DNA of 64,000 nt from Auanema rhodensis (taxonomy: Eukaryota; Animalia; Nematoda), in contig CAXKVF010000073.1 of NCBI GenBank assembly GCA_964057225.1, forward strand, positions 1,240,001 to 1,304,000, written 5' to 3'. This document shows, in pieces, positions 40,468 through 56,133 of this stretch (its first letter is position 1; every line of letters begins with the position of its first letter). The notes under the pieces are model-generated. The model did not search any database and was not told the DNA's origin. It was given only the letters and a program-made list of their open reading frames with translations. The position numbers and the translations under genes are program-made.

Positions 40468-43400
40468 TACCAAGTGCACATCACGTGTACATTTAATTAG
40501 CATTAATTAAAGTTCACGTAAATTTCAAAGTCATGGTTACCATGAACCAATATCAATAAAAATTTGTTTTTAGACTAATATGGACATGGGGAATCTAATT
40601 TTGAAAACCGCATCTCTTTATCTTTCACGTGAAGCGAGTTACATACCAAGTGCACATCACGTGTACATTTAATTAGCATAAATTAAAGTTCACGTAAATT
40701 TCAAAGTCATGGTTACCATGAACTAATATCAATAAAAATTTGTTTTTAGACTAATATGGACATGGGGAATCTAATTTTGAAAACCGCATCTCTTTATCTT
40801 TCACGTGAAGCGAGTTACATACCAAGTGCACATCACGTGTACATTTAATTAGCATAAATTAAAGTTCACGTAAATTTCAAAGTCATGGTTACCATGAACC
40901 AATATCAATAAAAATTTGTTTTTAGACTAATATGGACATGGGGAATCTAATTTTGAAAACCGCATCTCTTTATCTTTCACGTGAAGCGAGTTACATACCA
41001 AGTGCACATCACGTGTACATTTAATTAGCATAAATTAAAGTTCACGTAAATTTCAAAGTCATGGTTACCATGAACCAATATCAATAAAAATTTGTTTTTA
41101 GACTAATATGGACATGGGGAATCTAATTTTGAAAACCGCATCTCTTTATCTTTCACGTGAAGCGAGTTACATACCAAGTGCACATCACGTGTACATTTAA
41201 TTAGCATAAATTAAAGTTCACGTAAATTTCAAAGTCATGGTTACCATGAACCAATATCGATAAAAATTTGTTTTTAGACTAATATGGACATGGGGAATCT
41301 AATTTCGAAAACCGCATCTCTTTATCTTTCACGTGAAGCGAGTTACATACCAAGTGCACATCACGTGTACATTTAATTAGCATAAATTAAAGTTCACGTA
41401 AATTTCAAAGTCATGGTTACCATGAACCAATATCAATAAAAATTTGTTTTTAGACTAATATGGACATGGGGAATCTAATTTTGAAAACCGCATCTCTTTA
41501 TCTTTCACGTGAAGCGAGTTACATACCAAGTGCACATCACGTGTACATTTAATTAGCATAAATTAAAGTTCACGTAAATTTCAAAGTCATGGTTACCATG
41601 AACCAATATCGATAAAAATTTGTTTTTAGACTAATATGGACATGGGGAATCTAATTTCAAAAACCGCATCTCTTTATCTTTCACGTGAAGCGAGTTACAT
41701 ACCAAGTGCACATCACGTGTACATTTAATTAGCATAAATTAAAGTTCACGTAAATTTCAAAGTCATGGTTACCATGCACCAATATCAATAAAAATTTGTT
41801 TTTAGACTAATATGGACATGGGGAATCTAATTTTGAAAACCGCATCTCTTTATCTTTCACGTGAAGCGAGTTACATACCAAGTGCACATCACGTGTACAT
41901 TTAATTAGCATAAATTAAAGTTCACGTAAATTTCAAAGTCATGGTTACCATGAACCAATATCAATAAAAATTTGTTTTTAGACTAATATGGACATGGGGA
42001 ATCTAATTTTGAAAACCGCATCTCTTCATCTTTCACGTGAAGCGAGTTACATACCAAGTGCACATCACGTGTACATTTAATTAGCATAAATTAAAGTTCA
42101 CGTAAATTTCAAAGTCATGGTTACCATGAACCAATATTAATAAAAATTTGTTTTTAGACTAATATAGACATGGGGAATCTAATTTTGAAAACCTCATCTC
42201 TTTATCTTTCACGTGAAGCGAGTTACATACCAAGTGCACATCACGTGTACATTTAATTAGCATAAATTAAAGTTCACGTAAATTTCAAAGTCATGGTTAC
42301 CATGAAGCAATATCAATAAAAATTTGTTTTTAGACTAATATGGACATGGGGAATCTAATTTTGAAAACCGCATCTCTTTATCTTTCACGTGAAGCGAGTT
42401 ACATACCAAGTGCACATCACGTGTACATTTAATTAGCATTAATTAAAGTTCACGTAAATTTCAAAGTCATGGTTACCATGAACCAATATCAATAAAAATT
42501 TGTTTTTAGACTAATATGGACATGGGGAATCTAATTTTGAAAACCGCATCTCTTTATCTTTCACGTGAAGCGAGTTACATACCAAGTGCACATCACGTGT
42601 ACATTTAATTAGCATAAATTAAAGTTCACGTAAATTTCAAAGTCATGGTTACCATGAACTAAAATCAATAAAAATTTGTTTTTAGACTAATATGGACATG
42701 GGGAATCTAATTTTGAAAACCGCATCTCTTTATCTTTCACGTGAAGCGAGTTACATACCAAGTGCACATCACGTGTACATTTAATTAGCATAAATTAAAG
42801 TTCACGTAAATTTCAAAGTCATGGTTACCATGAACCAATATTAATAAAAATTTGTTTTTAGACTAATATAGACATGGGGAATCTAATTTTGAAAATCGCA
42901 TCTTTTTATCTTTCACGTGAAGCGAGTTACATACCAAGTGCACATCACGTGTACATTTAATTAGCATAAATTAAAGTTCACGTAAATTTCAAAGTCATGG
43001 TTACCATGCACCAATATCAATAAAAATTTGTTTTTAGACTAATATGGACATGGGGAATCTAATTTTGAAAACCGCATCTCTTTATCTTTCACGTGGAGCG
43101 AGTTACATACCAAGTGCACATCACGTGTACATTTAATTAGCATAAATTAAAGTTCACGTAAATTTCAAAGTCATGGTTACCATGAAGCAATATCAATAAA
43201 AATTTGTTTTTAGACTAATATGGACATGGGGAATCTAATTTTGAAAACCGCATCTCTTTATTTTTCACGTGAAGCGAGTTACATACCAAGTGCACATCAC
43301 GTGTACATTTAATTAGCATAAATTAAAGTTCACGTAAATTTCAAAGTCATGGTTACCATGAAGCAATATCAATGAAAATTTGTTTTTAGACTAATATGGA

Positions 43401-46400
43401 CATGGGGAATCTAATTTTGAAAACCGCATCTCTTTATCTTTCACGTGAAGCGAGTTACATACCAAGTGCACATCACGTGTACATTTAATTAGCATTAATT
43501 AAAGTTCACGTAAATTTCAAAGTCATGGTTACCATGAACCAATATCAATAAAAATTTGTTTTTAGACTAATATGGACATGGGGAATCTAATTTTGAAAAC
43601 CGCATCTCTTTATCTTTCACGTGAAGCGAGTTACATACCAAGTGCACATCACGTGTACATTTAATTAGCATAAATTAAAGTTCACGTAAATTTCAAAGTC
43701 ATGGTTACCATGAACCAATATTAATAAAAATTTGTTTTTAGACTAATATAGACATGGGGAATCTAATTTTGAAAATCGCATCTTTTTATCTTTCACGTGA
43801 AGCGAGTTACATACCAAGTGCACATCACGTGTACATTTAATTAGCATAAATTAAAGTTCACGTAAATTTCAAAGTCATGGTTACCATGAACCAATATCAA
43901 TAAAAATTTGTTTTTAGACTAATATGGACATGGGGAATCTAATTTTGAAAACCGCATCTCTTTATCTTTCACGTGAAGCGAGTTACATACCAAGTGCACA
44001 TCACGTGTACATTTAATTAGCATAAATTAAAGTTCACGTAAATTTCAAAGTCATGGTTACCATGAACCAATATCAATAAAAATTTGTTTTTAGACTAATA
44101 TGGACATGGGGAATCTAATTTTGAAAACCGCATCTCTTTATCTTTCACGTGAAGCGAGTTACATACCAAGTGCACATCACGTGTACATTTAATTAGCATA
44201 AATTAAAGTTCACGTAAATTTCAAAGTCATGGTTACCATGAACCAATATCAATAAAAATTTGTTTTTAGACTAATATGGACATGGGGAATCTAATTTTGA
44301 AAACCGCATCTCTTTATCTTTCACGTGAAGCGAGTTACATACCAAGTGCACATCACGTGTACATTTAATTAGCATAAATTAAAGTTCACGTAAATTTCAA
44401 AGTCATGGTTACCATGAACCAATATCGATAAAAATTTGTTTTTAGACTAATATGGACATGGGGAATCTAATTTCAAAAACCGCATCTCTTTATCTTTCAC
44501 GTGAAGCGAGTTACATACCAAGTGCACATCACGTGTACATTTAATTAGCATAAATTAAAGTTCACGTAAATTTCAAAGTCATGGTTAACATGCACCAATA
44601 TCAATAAAAATTTGTTTTTAGACTAATATGGACATGGGGAATCTAATTTTGAAAACCGCATCTCTTTATCTTTCACGTGAAGCGAGTTACATACCAAGTG
44701 CACATCACGTGTACATTTAATTAGCATAAATTAAAGTTCACGTAAATTTCAAAGTCATGGTTACCATGAACCAATATCAATAAAAATTTGTTTTTAGACT
44801 AATATGGACATGGGGAATCTAATTTTGAAAACCGCATCTCTTCATCTTTCACGTGAAGCGAGTTACATACCAAGTGCACATCACGTGTACATTTAATTAG
44901 CATAAATTAAAGTTCACGTAAATTTCAAAGTCATGGTTACCATGCACCAATATCAATAAAAATTTGTTTTTAGACTAATATGGACATGGGGAATCTAATT
45001 TTGAAAACCTCATCTCTTTATCTTTCACGTGAAGCGAGTTACATACCAAGTGCACATCACGTGTACATTTAATTAGCATAAATTAAAGTTCACGTAAATT
45101 TCAAAGTCATGGTTACCATGAAGCAATATCAATAAAAATTTGTTTTTAGACTAATATGGACATGGGGAATCTAATTTTGAAAACCGCATCTCTTTATCTT
45201 TCACGTGAAGCGAGTTACATACCAAGTGCACATCACGTGTACATTTAATTAGCATAAATTAAAGTTCACGTAAATTTCAAAGTCATGGTTACCATGAACT
45301 AATATCAATAAAAATTTGTTTTTAGACTAATATGGACATGGGGAATCTAATTTTGAAAACCGCATCTCTTTATCTTTCACGTGAAGCGAGTTACATACCA
45401 AGTGCACATCACGTGTACATTTAATTAGCATAAATTAAAGTTCACGTAAATTTCAAAGTCATGGTTACCATGAACCAATATTAATAAAAATTTGTTTTTA
45501 GACTAATATAGACATGGGGAATCTAATTTTGAAAATCGCATCTTTTTATCTTTCACGTGAAGCGAGTTACATACCAAGTGCACATCACGTGTACATTTAA
45601 TTAGCATAAATTAAAGTTCACGTAAATTTCAAAGTCATGGTTACCATGCACCAATATCAATAAAAATTTGTTTTTAGACTAATATGGACATGGGGAATCT
45701 AATTTTGAAAACCGCATCTCTTTATCTTTCACGTGGAGCGAGTTACATACCAAGTGCACATCACGTGTACATTTAATTAGCATAAATTAAAGTTCACGTA
45801 AATTTCAAAGTCATGGTTACCATGAAGCAATATCAATAAAAATTTGTTTTTAGACTAATATGGACATGGGGAATCTAATTTTGAAAACCGCATCTCTTTA
45901 TTTTTCACGTGAAGCGAGTTACATACCAAGTGCACATCACGTGTACATTTAATTAGCATAAATTAAAGTTCACGTAAATTTCAAAGTCATGGTTACCATG
46001 AAGCAATATCAATGAAAATTTGTTTTTAGACTAATATGGACATGGGGAATCTAATTTTGAAAACCGCATCTCTTTATCTTTCACGTGAAGCGAGTTACAT
46101 ACCAAGTGCACATCACGTGTACATTTAATTAGCATTAATTAAAGTTCACGTAAATTTCAAAGTCATGGTTACCATGAACCAATATCAATAAAAATTTGTT
46201 TTTAGACTAATATGGACATGGGGAATCTAATTTTGAAAACCGCATCTCTTTATCTTTCACGTGAAGCGAGTTACATACCAAGTGCACATCACGTGTACAT
46301 TTAATTAGCATAAATTAAAGTTCACGTAAATTTCAAAGTCATGGTTACCATGAACTAATATCAATAAAAATTTGTTTTTAGACTAATATGGACATGGGGT

Positions 46401-48035
46401 ATCTAATTTTGAAAACCGCATCTCTTTATCTTTCACGTGAAGCGAGTTACATACCAAGTGCACATCACGTGTACATTTAATTAGCATAAATTAAAGTTCA
46501 CGTAAATTTCAAAGTCATGGTTACCATGAACCAATATCAATAAAAATTTGTTTTTAGACTAATATGGACATGGGGAATCTAATTTTGAAAACCGCATCTC
46601 TTTATCTTTCACGTGAAGCGAGTTACATACCAAGTGCACATCACGTGTACATTTAATTAGCATAAATTAAAGTTCACGTAAATTTCAAAGTCATGGTTAC
46701 CATGAACCAATATCAATAAAAATTTGTTTTTAGACTAATATGGACATGGGGAATCTAATTTTGAAAACCGCATCTCTTTATCTTTCACGTGAAGCGAGTT
46801 ACATACCAAGTGCACATCACGTGTACATTTAATTAGCATAAATTAAAGTTCACGTAAATTTCAAAGTCATGGTTACCATGAACCAATATCGATAAAAATT
46901 TGTTTTTAGACTAATATGGACATGGGGAATCTAATTTCGAAAACCGCATCTCTTTATCTTTCACGTGAAGCGAGTTACATACCAAGTGCACATCACGTGT
47001 ACATTTAATTAGCATAAATTAAAGTTCACGTAAATTTCAAAGTCATGGTTACCATGAACCAATATCAATAAAAATTTGTTTTTAGACTAATATGGACATG
47101 GGGAATCTAATTTTGAAAACCGCATCTCTTTATCTTTCACGTGAAGCGAGTTACATACCAAGTGCACATCACGTGTACATTTAATTAGCATAAATTAAAG
47201 TTCACGTAAATTTCAAAGTCATGGTTACCATGAACCAATATCGATAAAAATTTGTTTTTAGACTAATATGGACATGGGGAATCTAATTTCAAAAACCGCA
47301 TCTCTTTATCTTTCACGTGAAGCGAGTTACATACCAAGTGCACATCACGTGTACATTTAATTAGCATAAATTAAAGTTCACGTAAATTTCAAAGTCATGG
47401 TTAACATGCACCAATATCAATAAAAATTTGTTTTTAGACTAATATGGACATGGGGAATCTAATTTTGAAAACCGCATCTCTTTATCTTTCACGTGAAGCG
47501 AGTTACATACCAAGTGCACATCACGTGTACATTTAATTAGCATAAATTAAAGTTCACGTAAATTTCAAAGTCATGGTTACCATGAACCAATATCAATAAA
47601 AATTTGTTTTTAGACTAATATGGACATGGGGAATCTAATTTTGAAAACCGCATCTCTTCATCTTTCACGTGAAGCGAGTTACATACCAAGTGCACATCAC
47701 GTGTACATTTAATTAGCATAAATTAAAGTTCACGTAAATTTCAAAGTCATGGTTACCATGAACCAATATTAATAAAAATTTGTTTTTAGACTAATATAGA
47801 CATGGGGAATCTAATTTTGAAAACCTCATCTCTTTATCTTTCACGTGAAGCGAGTTACATACCAAGTGCACATCACGTGTACATTTAATTAGCATAAATT
47901 AAAGTTCACGTAAATTTCAAAGTCATGGTTACCATGAAGCAATATCAATAAAAATTTGTTTTTAGACTAATATGGACATGGGGAATCTAATTTTGAAAAT
48001 CGCATCTTTTTATCTTTCACGTGAAGCGAGTTACA
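40468..48035. repeat. Imperfect ~16-mer higher-order repeat, about three copies
   Basis: The A88G+T135C+G136A monomer occurs at 41524, 44340 and 47156 (period 2816 bp), with G143T three monomers later each time. Internal offsets of 15-17 reflect monomer gain or loss. Confidence 0.82.
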
Positions 48036-49091
48036 TACCAAGTGCACATCACGTGTACATTTAATTAGCATAAATTAAAGTTCACGTAAATTTCAAAGTC
48101 ATGGTTACCATGAACCAATATCGATAAAAATTTGTTTTTAGACTAATATGGACATGGGGAATCTAATTTCGAAAACCGCATCTCTTTATCTTTCACGTGA
48201 AGCGAGTTACATACCAAGTGCACATCACGTGTACATTTAATTAGCATAAATTAAAGTTCACGTAAATTTCAAAGTCATGGTTACCATGAACCAATATCGA
48301 TAAAAATTTGTTTTTAGACTAATATGGACATGGGGAATCTAATTTCGAAAACCGCATCTCTTTATCTTTCACGTGAAGCGAGTTACATACCAAGTGCACA
48401 TCACGTGTACATTTAATTAGCATAAATTAAAGTTCACGTAAATTTCAAAGTCATGGTTACCATGCACCAATATCAATAAAAATTTGTTTTTAGACTAATA
48501 TGGACATGGGGAATCTAATTTTGAAAACCGCATCTCTTTATCTTTCACGTGAAGCGAGTTACATACCAAGTGCACATCACGTGTACATTTAATTAGCATA
48601 AATTAAAGTTCACGTAAATTTCAAAGTCATGGTTACCATGAACCAATATCAATAAAAATTTGTTTTTAGACTAATATGGACATGGGGAATCTAATTTTGA
48701 AAACCGCATCTCTTCATCTTTCACGTGAAGCGAGTTACATACCAAGTGCACATCACGTGTACATTTAATTAGCATAAATTAAAGTTCACGTAAATTTCAA
48801 AGTCATGGTTACCATGAACCAATATTAATAAAAATTTGTTTTTAGACTAATATAGACATGGGGAATCTAATTTTGAAAACCGCATCTCTTTATCTTTCAC
48901 GTGAAGCGAGTTACATACCAAGTGCACATCACGTGTACATTTAATTAGCATAAATTAAAGTTCACGTAAATTTCAAAGTCATGGTTACCATGAAGCAATA
49001 TCAATAAAAATTTGTTTTTAGACTAATATGGACATGGGGAATCTAATTTTGAAAACCGCATCTCTTTATCTTTCACGTGAAGCGAGTTACA

Positions 49092-52000
49092 TACCAAGTG
49101 CACATCACGTGTACATTTAATTAGCATTAATTAAAGTTCACGTAAATTTCAAAGTCATGGTTACCATGAACCAATATCAATAAAAATTTGTTTTTAGACT
49201 AATATGGACATGGGGAATCTAATTTTGAAAACCGCATCTCTTTATCTTTCACGTGAAGCGAGTTACATACCAAGTACACATCACGTGTACATTTAATTAG
49301 CATAAATTAAAGTTCACGTAAATTTCAAAGTCATGGTTACCATGAACTAATATCAATAAAAATTTGTTTTTAGACTAATATGGACATGGGGAATCTAATT
49401 TTGAAAACCGCATCTCTTTATCTTTCACGTGAAGCGAGTTACATACCAAGTGCACATCACGTGTACATTTAATTAGCATAAATTAAAGTTCACGTAAATT
49501 TCAAAGTCATGGTTACCATGAACCAATATCAATAAAAATTTGTTTTTAGACTAATATGGACATGAGAAATCTAATTTTGAAAACCGCATCTCTTTATCTT
49601 TCACGTGAAGCGAGTTACATACCAAGTGCACATCACGTGTACATTTAATTAGCATAAATTAAAGTTCACGTAAATTTCAAAGTCATGGTTACCATGAACC
49701 AATATCAATAAAAATTTGTTTTTAGACTAATATGGACATGGGGAATCTAATTTTGAAAACCGCATCTCTTCATCTTTCACGTGAAGCGAGTTACATACCA
49801 AGTGCACATCACGTGTACATTTAATTAGCATAAATTAAAGTTCACGTAAATTTCAAAGTCATGGTTACCATGAACCAATATTAATAAAAATTTGTTTTTA
49901 GACTAATATAGACATGGGGAATCTAATTTTGAAAACCGCATCTTTTTATCTTTCACGTGAAGCGAGTTACATACCAAGTGCACATCACGTGTACATTTAA
50001 TTAGCATAAATTAAAGTTCACGTAAATTTCAAAGTCATGGTTACCATGAACCAATATCAATAAAAATTTGTTTTTAGACTAATATGGACATGAGGAATCT
50101 AATTTTGAAAACCGCATCTCTTTATCTTTCACGTGAAGCGAGTTACATACCAAGTGCACATCACGTGTACATTTAATTAGCATAAATTAAAGTTCACGTA
50201 AATTGCAAAGTCATGGTTACCATGAACCAATATCAATAAAAATTTGTTTTTAGACTAATATGGACATGGGGAATCTAATTTTGAAAACCGCATCTCTTCA
50301 TCTTTCACGTGAAGCGAGTTACATACCAAGTGCACATCACGTGTACATTTAATTAGCATAAATTAAAGTTCACGTAAATTTCAAAGTCATGGTTACCATG
50401 AACCAATATTAATAAAAATTTGTTTTTAGACTAATATAGACATGGGGAATCTAATTTTGAAAACCGCATCTCTTCATCTTTCACGTGAAGCGAGTTACAT
50501 ACCAAGTGCACATCACGTGTACATTTAATTAGCATAAATTAAAGTTCACGTAAATTTCAAAGTCATGGTTACCATGCACCAATATCAATAAAAATTTGTT
50601 TTTAGACTAATATGGACATGGGGAATCTAATTTTGAAAACCGCATCTCTTTATCTTTCACGTGGAGCGAGTTACATACCAAGTGCACATCACGTGTACAT
50701 TTAATTAGCATAAATTAAAGTTCACGTAAATTTCAAAGTCATGGTTACCATGAACCAATATCAATAAAAATTTGTTTTTAGACTAATATGGACATGGGGA
50801 ATCTAATTTTGAAAACCGCATCTCTTTATCTTTCACGTGAAGCGAGTTACATACCAAGTGCACATCACGTGTACATTTAATTAGCATAAATTAAAGTTCA
50901 CGTAAATTTCAAAGTCATGGTTACCATGAACCAATATCAATAAAAATTTGTTTTTAGACTAATATGGACATGGGGAATCTAATTTTGAAAACCGCATCTC
51001 TTTATCTTTCACGTGAAGCGAGTTACATACCAAGTGCACATCACGTGTACATTTAATTAGCATTAATTAAAGTTCACGTAAATTTCAAAGTCATGGTTAC
51101 CATGAACCAATATCAATAAAAATTTGTTTTTAGACTAATATGGACATGGGGAATCTAATTTTGAAAACCGCATCTCTTTATCTTTCACGTGAAGCGAGTT
51201 ACATACCAAGTGCACATCACGTGTACATTTAATTAGCATAAATTAAAGTTCACGTAAATTTCAAAGTCATGGTTACCATGAACTAATATCAATAAAAATT
51301 TGTTTTTAGACTAATATGGACATGGGGAATCTAATTTTGAAAAATCGCATCTCTTTATCTTTCACGTGAAGCGAGTTACATACCAAGTGCACATCACGTG
51401 TACATTTAATTAGCATAAATTAAAGTTCACGTAAATTTCAAAGTCATGGTTACCATGAAGCAATATCAATGAAAATTTGTTTTTAGACTAATATGGACAT
51501 GGGGAATCTAATTTTGAAAACCGCATCTCTTTATCTTTCACGTGAAGCGAGTTACATACCAAGTGCACATCACGTGTACATTTAATTAGCATTAATTAAA
51601 GTTCACGTAAATTTCAAAGTCATGGTTACCATGAACCAATATCAATAAAAATTTGTTTTTAGACTAATATGGACATGGGGAATCTAATTTTGAAAACCGC
51701 ATCTCTTTATCTTTCACGTGAAGCGAGTTACATACCAAGTGCACATCACGTGTACATTTAATTAGCATTAATTAAAGTTCACGTAAATTTCAAAGTCATG
51801 GTTACCATGAACCAATATCAATAAAAATTTGTTTTTAGACTAATATGGACATGGGGAATCTAATTTTGAAAACCGCATCTCTTTATCTTTCACGTGAAGC
51901 GAGTTACATACCAAGTGCACATCACGTGTACATTTAATTAGCATAAATTAAAGTTCACGTAAATTTCAAAGTCATGGTTACCATGAAGCAATATCAATAA

Positions 52001-55000
52001 AAATTTGTTTTTAGACTAATATGGACATGGGGAATCTAATTTTGAAAACCGCATCTCTTTATCTTTCACGTGGAGCGAGTTACATACCAAGTGCACATCA
52101 CGTGTACATTTAATTAGCATTAATTAAAGTTCACGTAAATTTCAAAGTCATGGTTACCATGAACCAATATCAATAAAAATTTGTTTTTAGACTAATATGG
52201 ACATGGGGAATCTAATTTTGAAAACCGCATCTCTTTATCTTTCACGTGAAGCGAGTTACATACCAAGTGCACATCACGTGTACATTTAATTAGCATAAAT
52301 TAAAGTTCACGTAAATTTCAAAGTCATGGTTACCATGAAGCAATATCAATAAAAATTTGTTTTTAGACTAATATGGACATGGGGAATCTAATTTTGAAAA
52401 CCGCATCTCTTTATTTTTCACGTGAAGCGAGTTACATACCAAGTGCACATCACGTGTACATTTAATTAGCATAAATTAAAGTTCACGTAAATTTCAAAGT
52501 CATGGTTACCATGAACCAATATCAATAAAAATTTGTTTTTAGATCAATATGGACATGGGGAATCTAATTTTGAAAACCGCATCTCTTTATCTTTCACGTG
52601 AAGCGAGTTACATACCAAGTGCACATCACGTGTACATTTAATTAGCATTAATTAAAGTTCACGTAAATTTCAAAGTCATGGTTACCATGAACCAATATCA
52701 ATAAAAATTTGTTTTTAGACTAATATGGACATGGGGAATCTAATTTTGAAAACCGCATCTCTTTATCTTTCACGTGAAGCGAGTTACATACCAAGTACAC
52801 ATCACGTGTACATTTAATTAGCATAAATTAAAGTTCACGTAAATTTCAAAGTCATGGTTACCATGAACTAATATCAATAAAAATTTGTTTTTAGACTAAT
52901 ATGGACATGGGGAATCTAATTTTGAAAACCGCATCTCTTTATCTTTCACGTGAAGCGAGTTACATACCAAGTGCACATCACGTGTACATTTAATTAGCAT
53001 AAATTAAAGTTCACGTAAATTTCAAAGTCATGGTTACCATGAACCAATATCAATAAAAATTTGTTTTTAGACTAATATGGACATGAGAAATCTAATTTTG
53101 AAAACCGCATCTCTTTATCTTTCACGTGAAGCGAGTTACATACCAAGTGCACATCACGTGTACATTTAATTAGCATAAATTAAAGTTCACGTAAATTTCA
53201 AAGTCATGGTTACCATGAACCAATATCAATAAAAATTTGTTTTTAGACTAATATGGACATGGGGAATCTAATTTTGAAAACCGCATCTCTTCATCTTTCA
53301 CGTGAAGCGAGTTACATACCAAGTGCACATCACGTGTACATTTAATTAGCATAAATTAAAGTTCACGTAAATTTCAAAGTCATGGTTACCATGAACCAAT
53401 ATTAATAAAAATTTGTTTTTAGACTAATATAGACATGGGGAATCTAATTTTGAAAACCGCATCTTTTTATCTTTCACGTGAAGCGAGTTACATACCAAGT
53501 GCACATCACGTGTACATTTAATTAGCATAAATTAAAGTTCACGTAAATTTCAAAGTCATGGTTACCATGAACCAATATCAATAAAAATTTGTTTTTAGAC
53601 TAATATGGACATGAGGAATCTAATTTTGAAAACCGCATCTCTTTATCTTTCACGTGAAGCGAGTTACATACCAAGTGCACATCACGTGTACATTTAATTA
53701 GCATAAATTAAAGTTCACGTAAATTGCAAAGTCATGGTTACCATGAACCAATATCAATAAAAATTTGTTTTTAGACTAATATGGACATGGGGAATCTAAT
53801 TTTGAAAACCGCATCTCTTCATCTTTCACGTGAAGCGAGTTACATACCAAGTGCACATCACGTGTACATTTAATTAGCATAAATTAAAGTTCACGTAAAT
53901 TTCAAAGTCATGGTTACCATGAACCAATATTAATAAAAATTTGTTTTTAGACTAATATAGACATGGGGAATCTAATTTTGAAAACCGCATCTCTTCATCT
54001 TTCACGTGAAGCGAGTTACATACCAAGTGCACATCACGTGTACATTTAATTAGCATAAATTAAAGTTCACGTAAATTTCAAAGTCATGGTTACCATGCAC
54101 CAATATCAATAAAAATTTGTTTTTAGACTAATATGGACATGGGGAATCTAATTTTGAAAACCGCATCTCTTTATCTTTCACGTGGAGCGAGTTACATACC
54201 AAGTGCACATCACGTGTACATTTAATTAGCATAAATTAAAGTTCACGTAAATTTCAAAGTCATGGTTACCATGAACCAATATCAATAAAAATTTGTTTTT
54301 AGACTAATATGGACATGGGGAATCTAATTTTGAAAACCGCATCTCTTTATCTTTCACGTGAAGCGAGTTACATACCAAGTGCACATCACGTGTACATTTA
54401 ATTAGCATAAATTAAAGTTCACGTAAATTTCAAAGTCATGGTTACCATGAACCAATATCAATAAAAATTTGTTTTTAGACTAATATGGACATGGGGAATC
54501 TAATTTTGAAAACCGCATCTCTTTATCTTTCACGTGAAGCGAGTTACATACCAAGTGCACATCACGTGTACATTTAATTAGCATTAATTAAAGTTCACGT
54601 AAATTTCAAAGTCATGGTTACCATGAACCAATATCAATAAAAATTTGTTTTTAGACTAATATGGACATGGGGAATCTAATTTTGAAAACCGCATCTCTTT
54701 ATCTTTCACGTGAAGCGAGTTACATACCAAGTGCACATCACGTGTACATTTAATTAGCATAAATTAAAGTTCACGTAAATTTCAAAGTCATGGTTACCAT
54801 GAACTAATATCAATAAAAATTTGTTTTTAGACTAATATGGACATGGGGAATCTAATTTTGAAAAATCGCATCTCTTTATCTTTCACGTGAAGCGAGTTAC
54901 ATACCAAGTGCACATCACGTGTACATTTAATTAGCATAAATTAAAGTTCACGTAAATTTCAAAGTCATGGTTACCATGAAGCAATATCAATGAAAATTTG

Positions 55001-56133
55001 TTTTTAGACTAATATGGACATGGGGAATCTAATTTTGAAAACCGCATCTCTTTATCTTTCACGTGAAGCGAGTTACATACCAAGTGCACATCACGTGTAC
55101 ATTTAATTAGCATTAATTAAAGTTCACGTAAATTTCAAAGTCATGGTTACCATGAACCAATATCAATAAAAATTTGTTTTTAGACTAATATGGACATGGG
55201 GAATCTAATTTTGAAAACCGCATCTCTTTATCTTTCACGTGAAGCGAGTTACATACCAAGTGCACATCACGTGTACATTTAATTAGCATTAATTAAAGTT
55301 CACGTAAATTTCAAAGTCATGGTTACCATGAACCAATATCAATAAAAATTTGTTTTTAGACTAATATGGACATGGGGAATCTAATTTTGAAAACCGCATC
55401 TCTTTATCTTTCACGTGAAGCGAGTTACATACCAAGTGCACATCACGTGTACATTTAATTAGCATAAATTAAAGTTCACGTAAATTTCAAAGTCATGGTT
55501 ACCATGAAGCAATATCAATAAAAATTTGTTTTTAGACTAATATGGACATGGGGAATCTAATTTTGAAAACCGCATCTCTTTATCTTTCACGTGGAGCGAG
55601 TTACATACCAAGTGCACATCACGTGTACATTTAATTAGCATTAATTAAAGTTCACGTAAATTTCAAAGTCATGGTTACCATGAACCAATATCAATAAAAA
55701 TTTGTTTTTAGACTAATATGGACATGGGGAATCTAATTTTGAAAACCGCATCTCTTTATCTTTCACGTGAAGCGAGTTACATACCAAGTGCACATCACGT
55801 GTACATTTAATTAGCATAAATTAAAGTTCACGTAAATTTCAAAGTCATGGTTACCATGAAGCAATATCAATAAAAATTTGTTTTTAGACTAATATGGACA
55901 TGGGGAATCTAATTTTGAAAACCGCATCTCTTTATTTTTCACGTGAAGCGAGTTACATACCAAGTGCACATCACGTGTACATTTAATTAGCATAAATTAA
56001 AGTTCACGTAAATTTCAAAGTCATGGTTACCATGAACCAATATCAATAAAAATTTGTTTTTAGATCAATATGGACATGGGGAATCTAATTTTGAAAACCG
56101 CATCTCTTTATCTTTCACGTGAAGCGAGTTACA
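49092..56133. repeat. Apparently perfect tandem duplication of a 20-monomer unit (3521 bp): 49092-52612 and 52613-56133
   Basis: Every marker I checked recurs at +3521: G9A+C81T, GAGAAATC, C87T+G115A+C149T, G122A, T58G, A165G, the 177-bp (+A, C141T) monomer, C155T and AGATCA. Confidence 0.93.
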
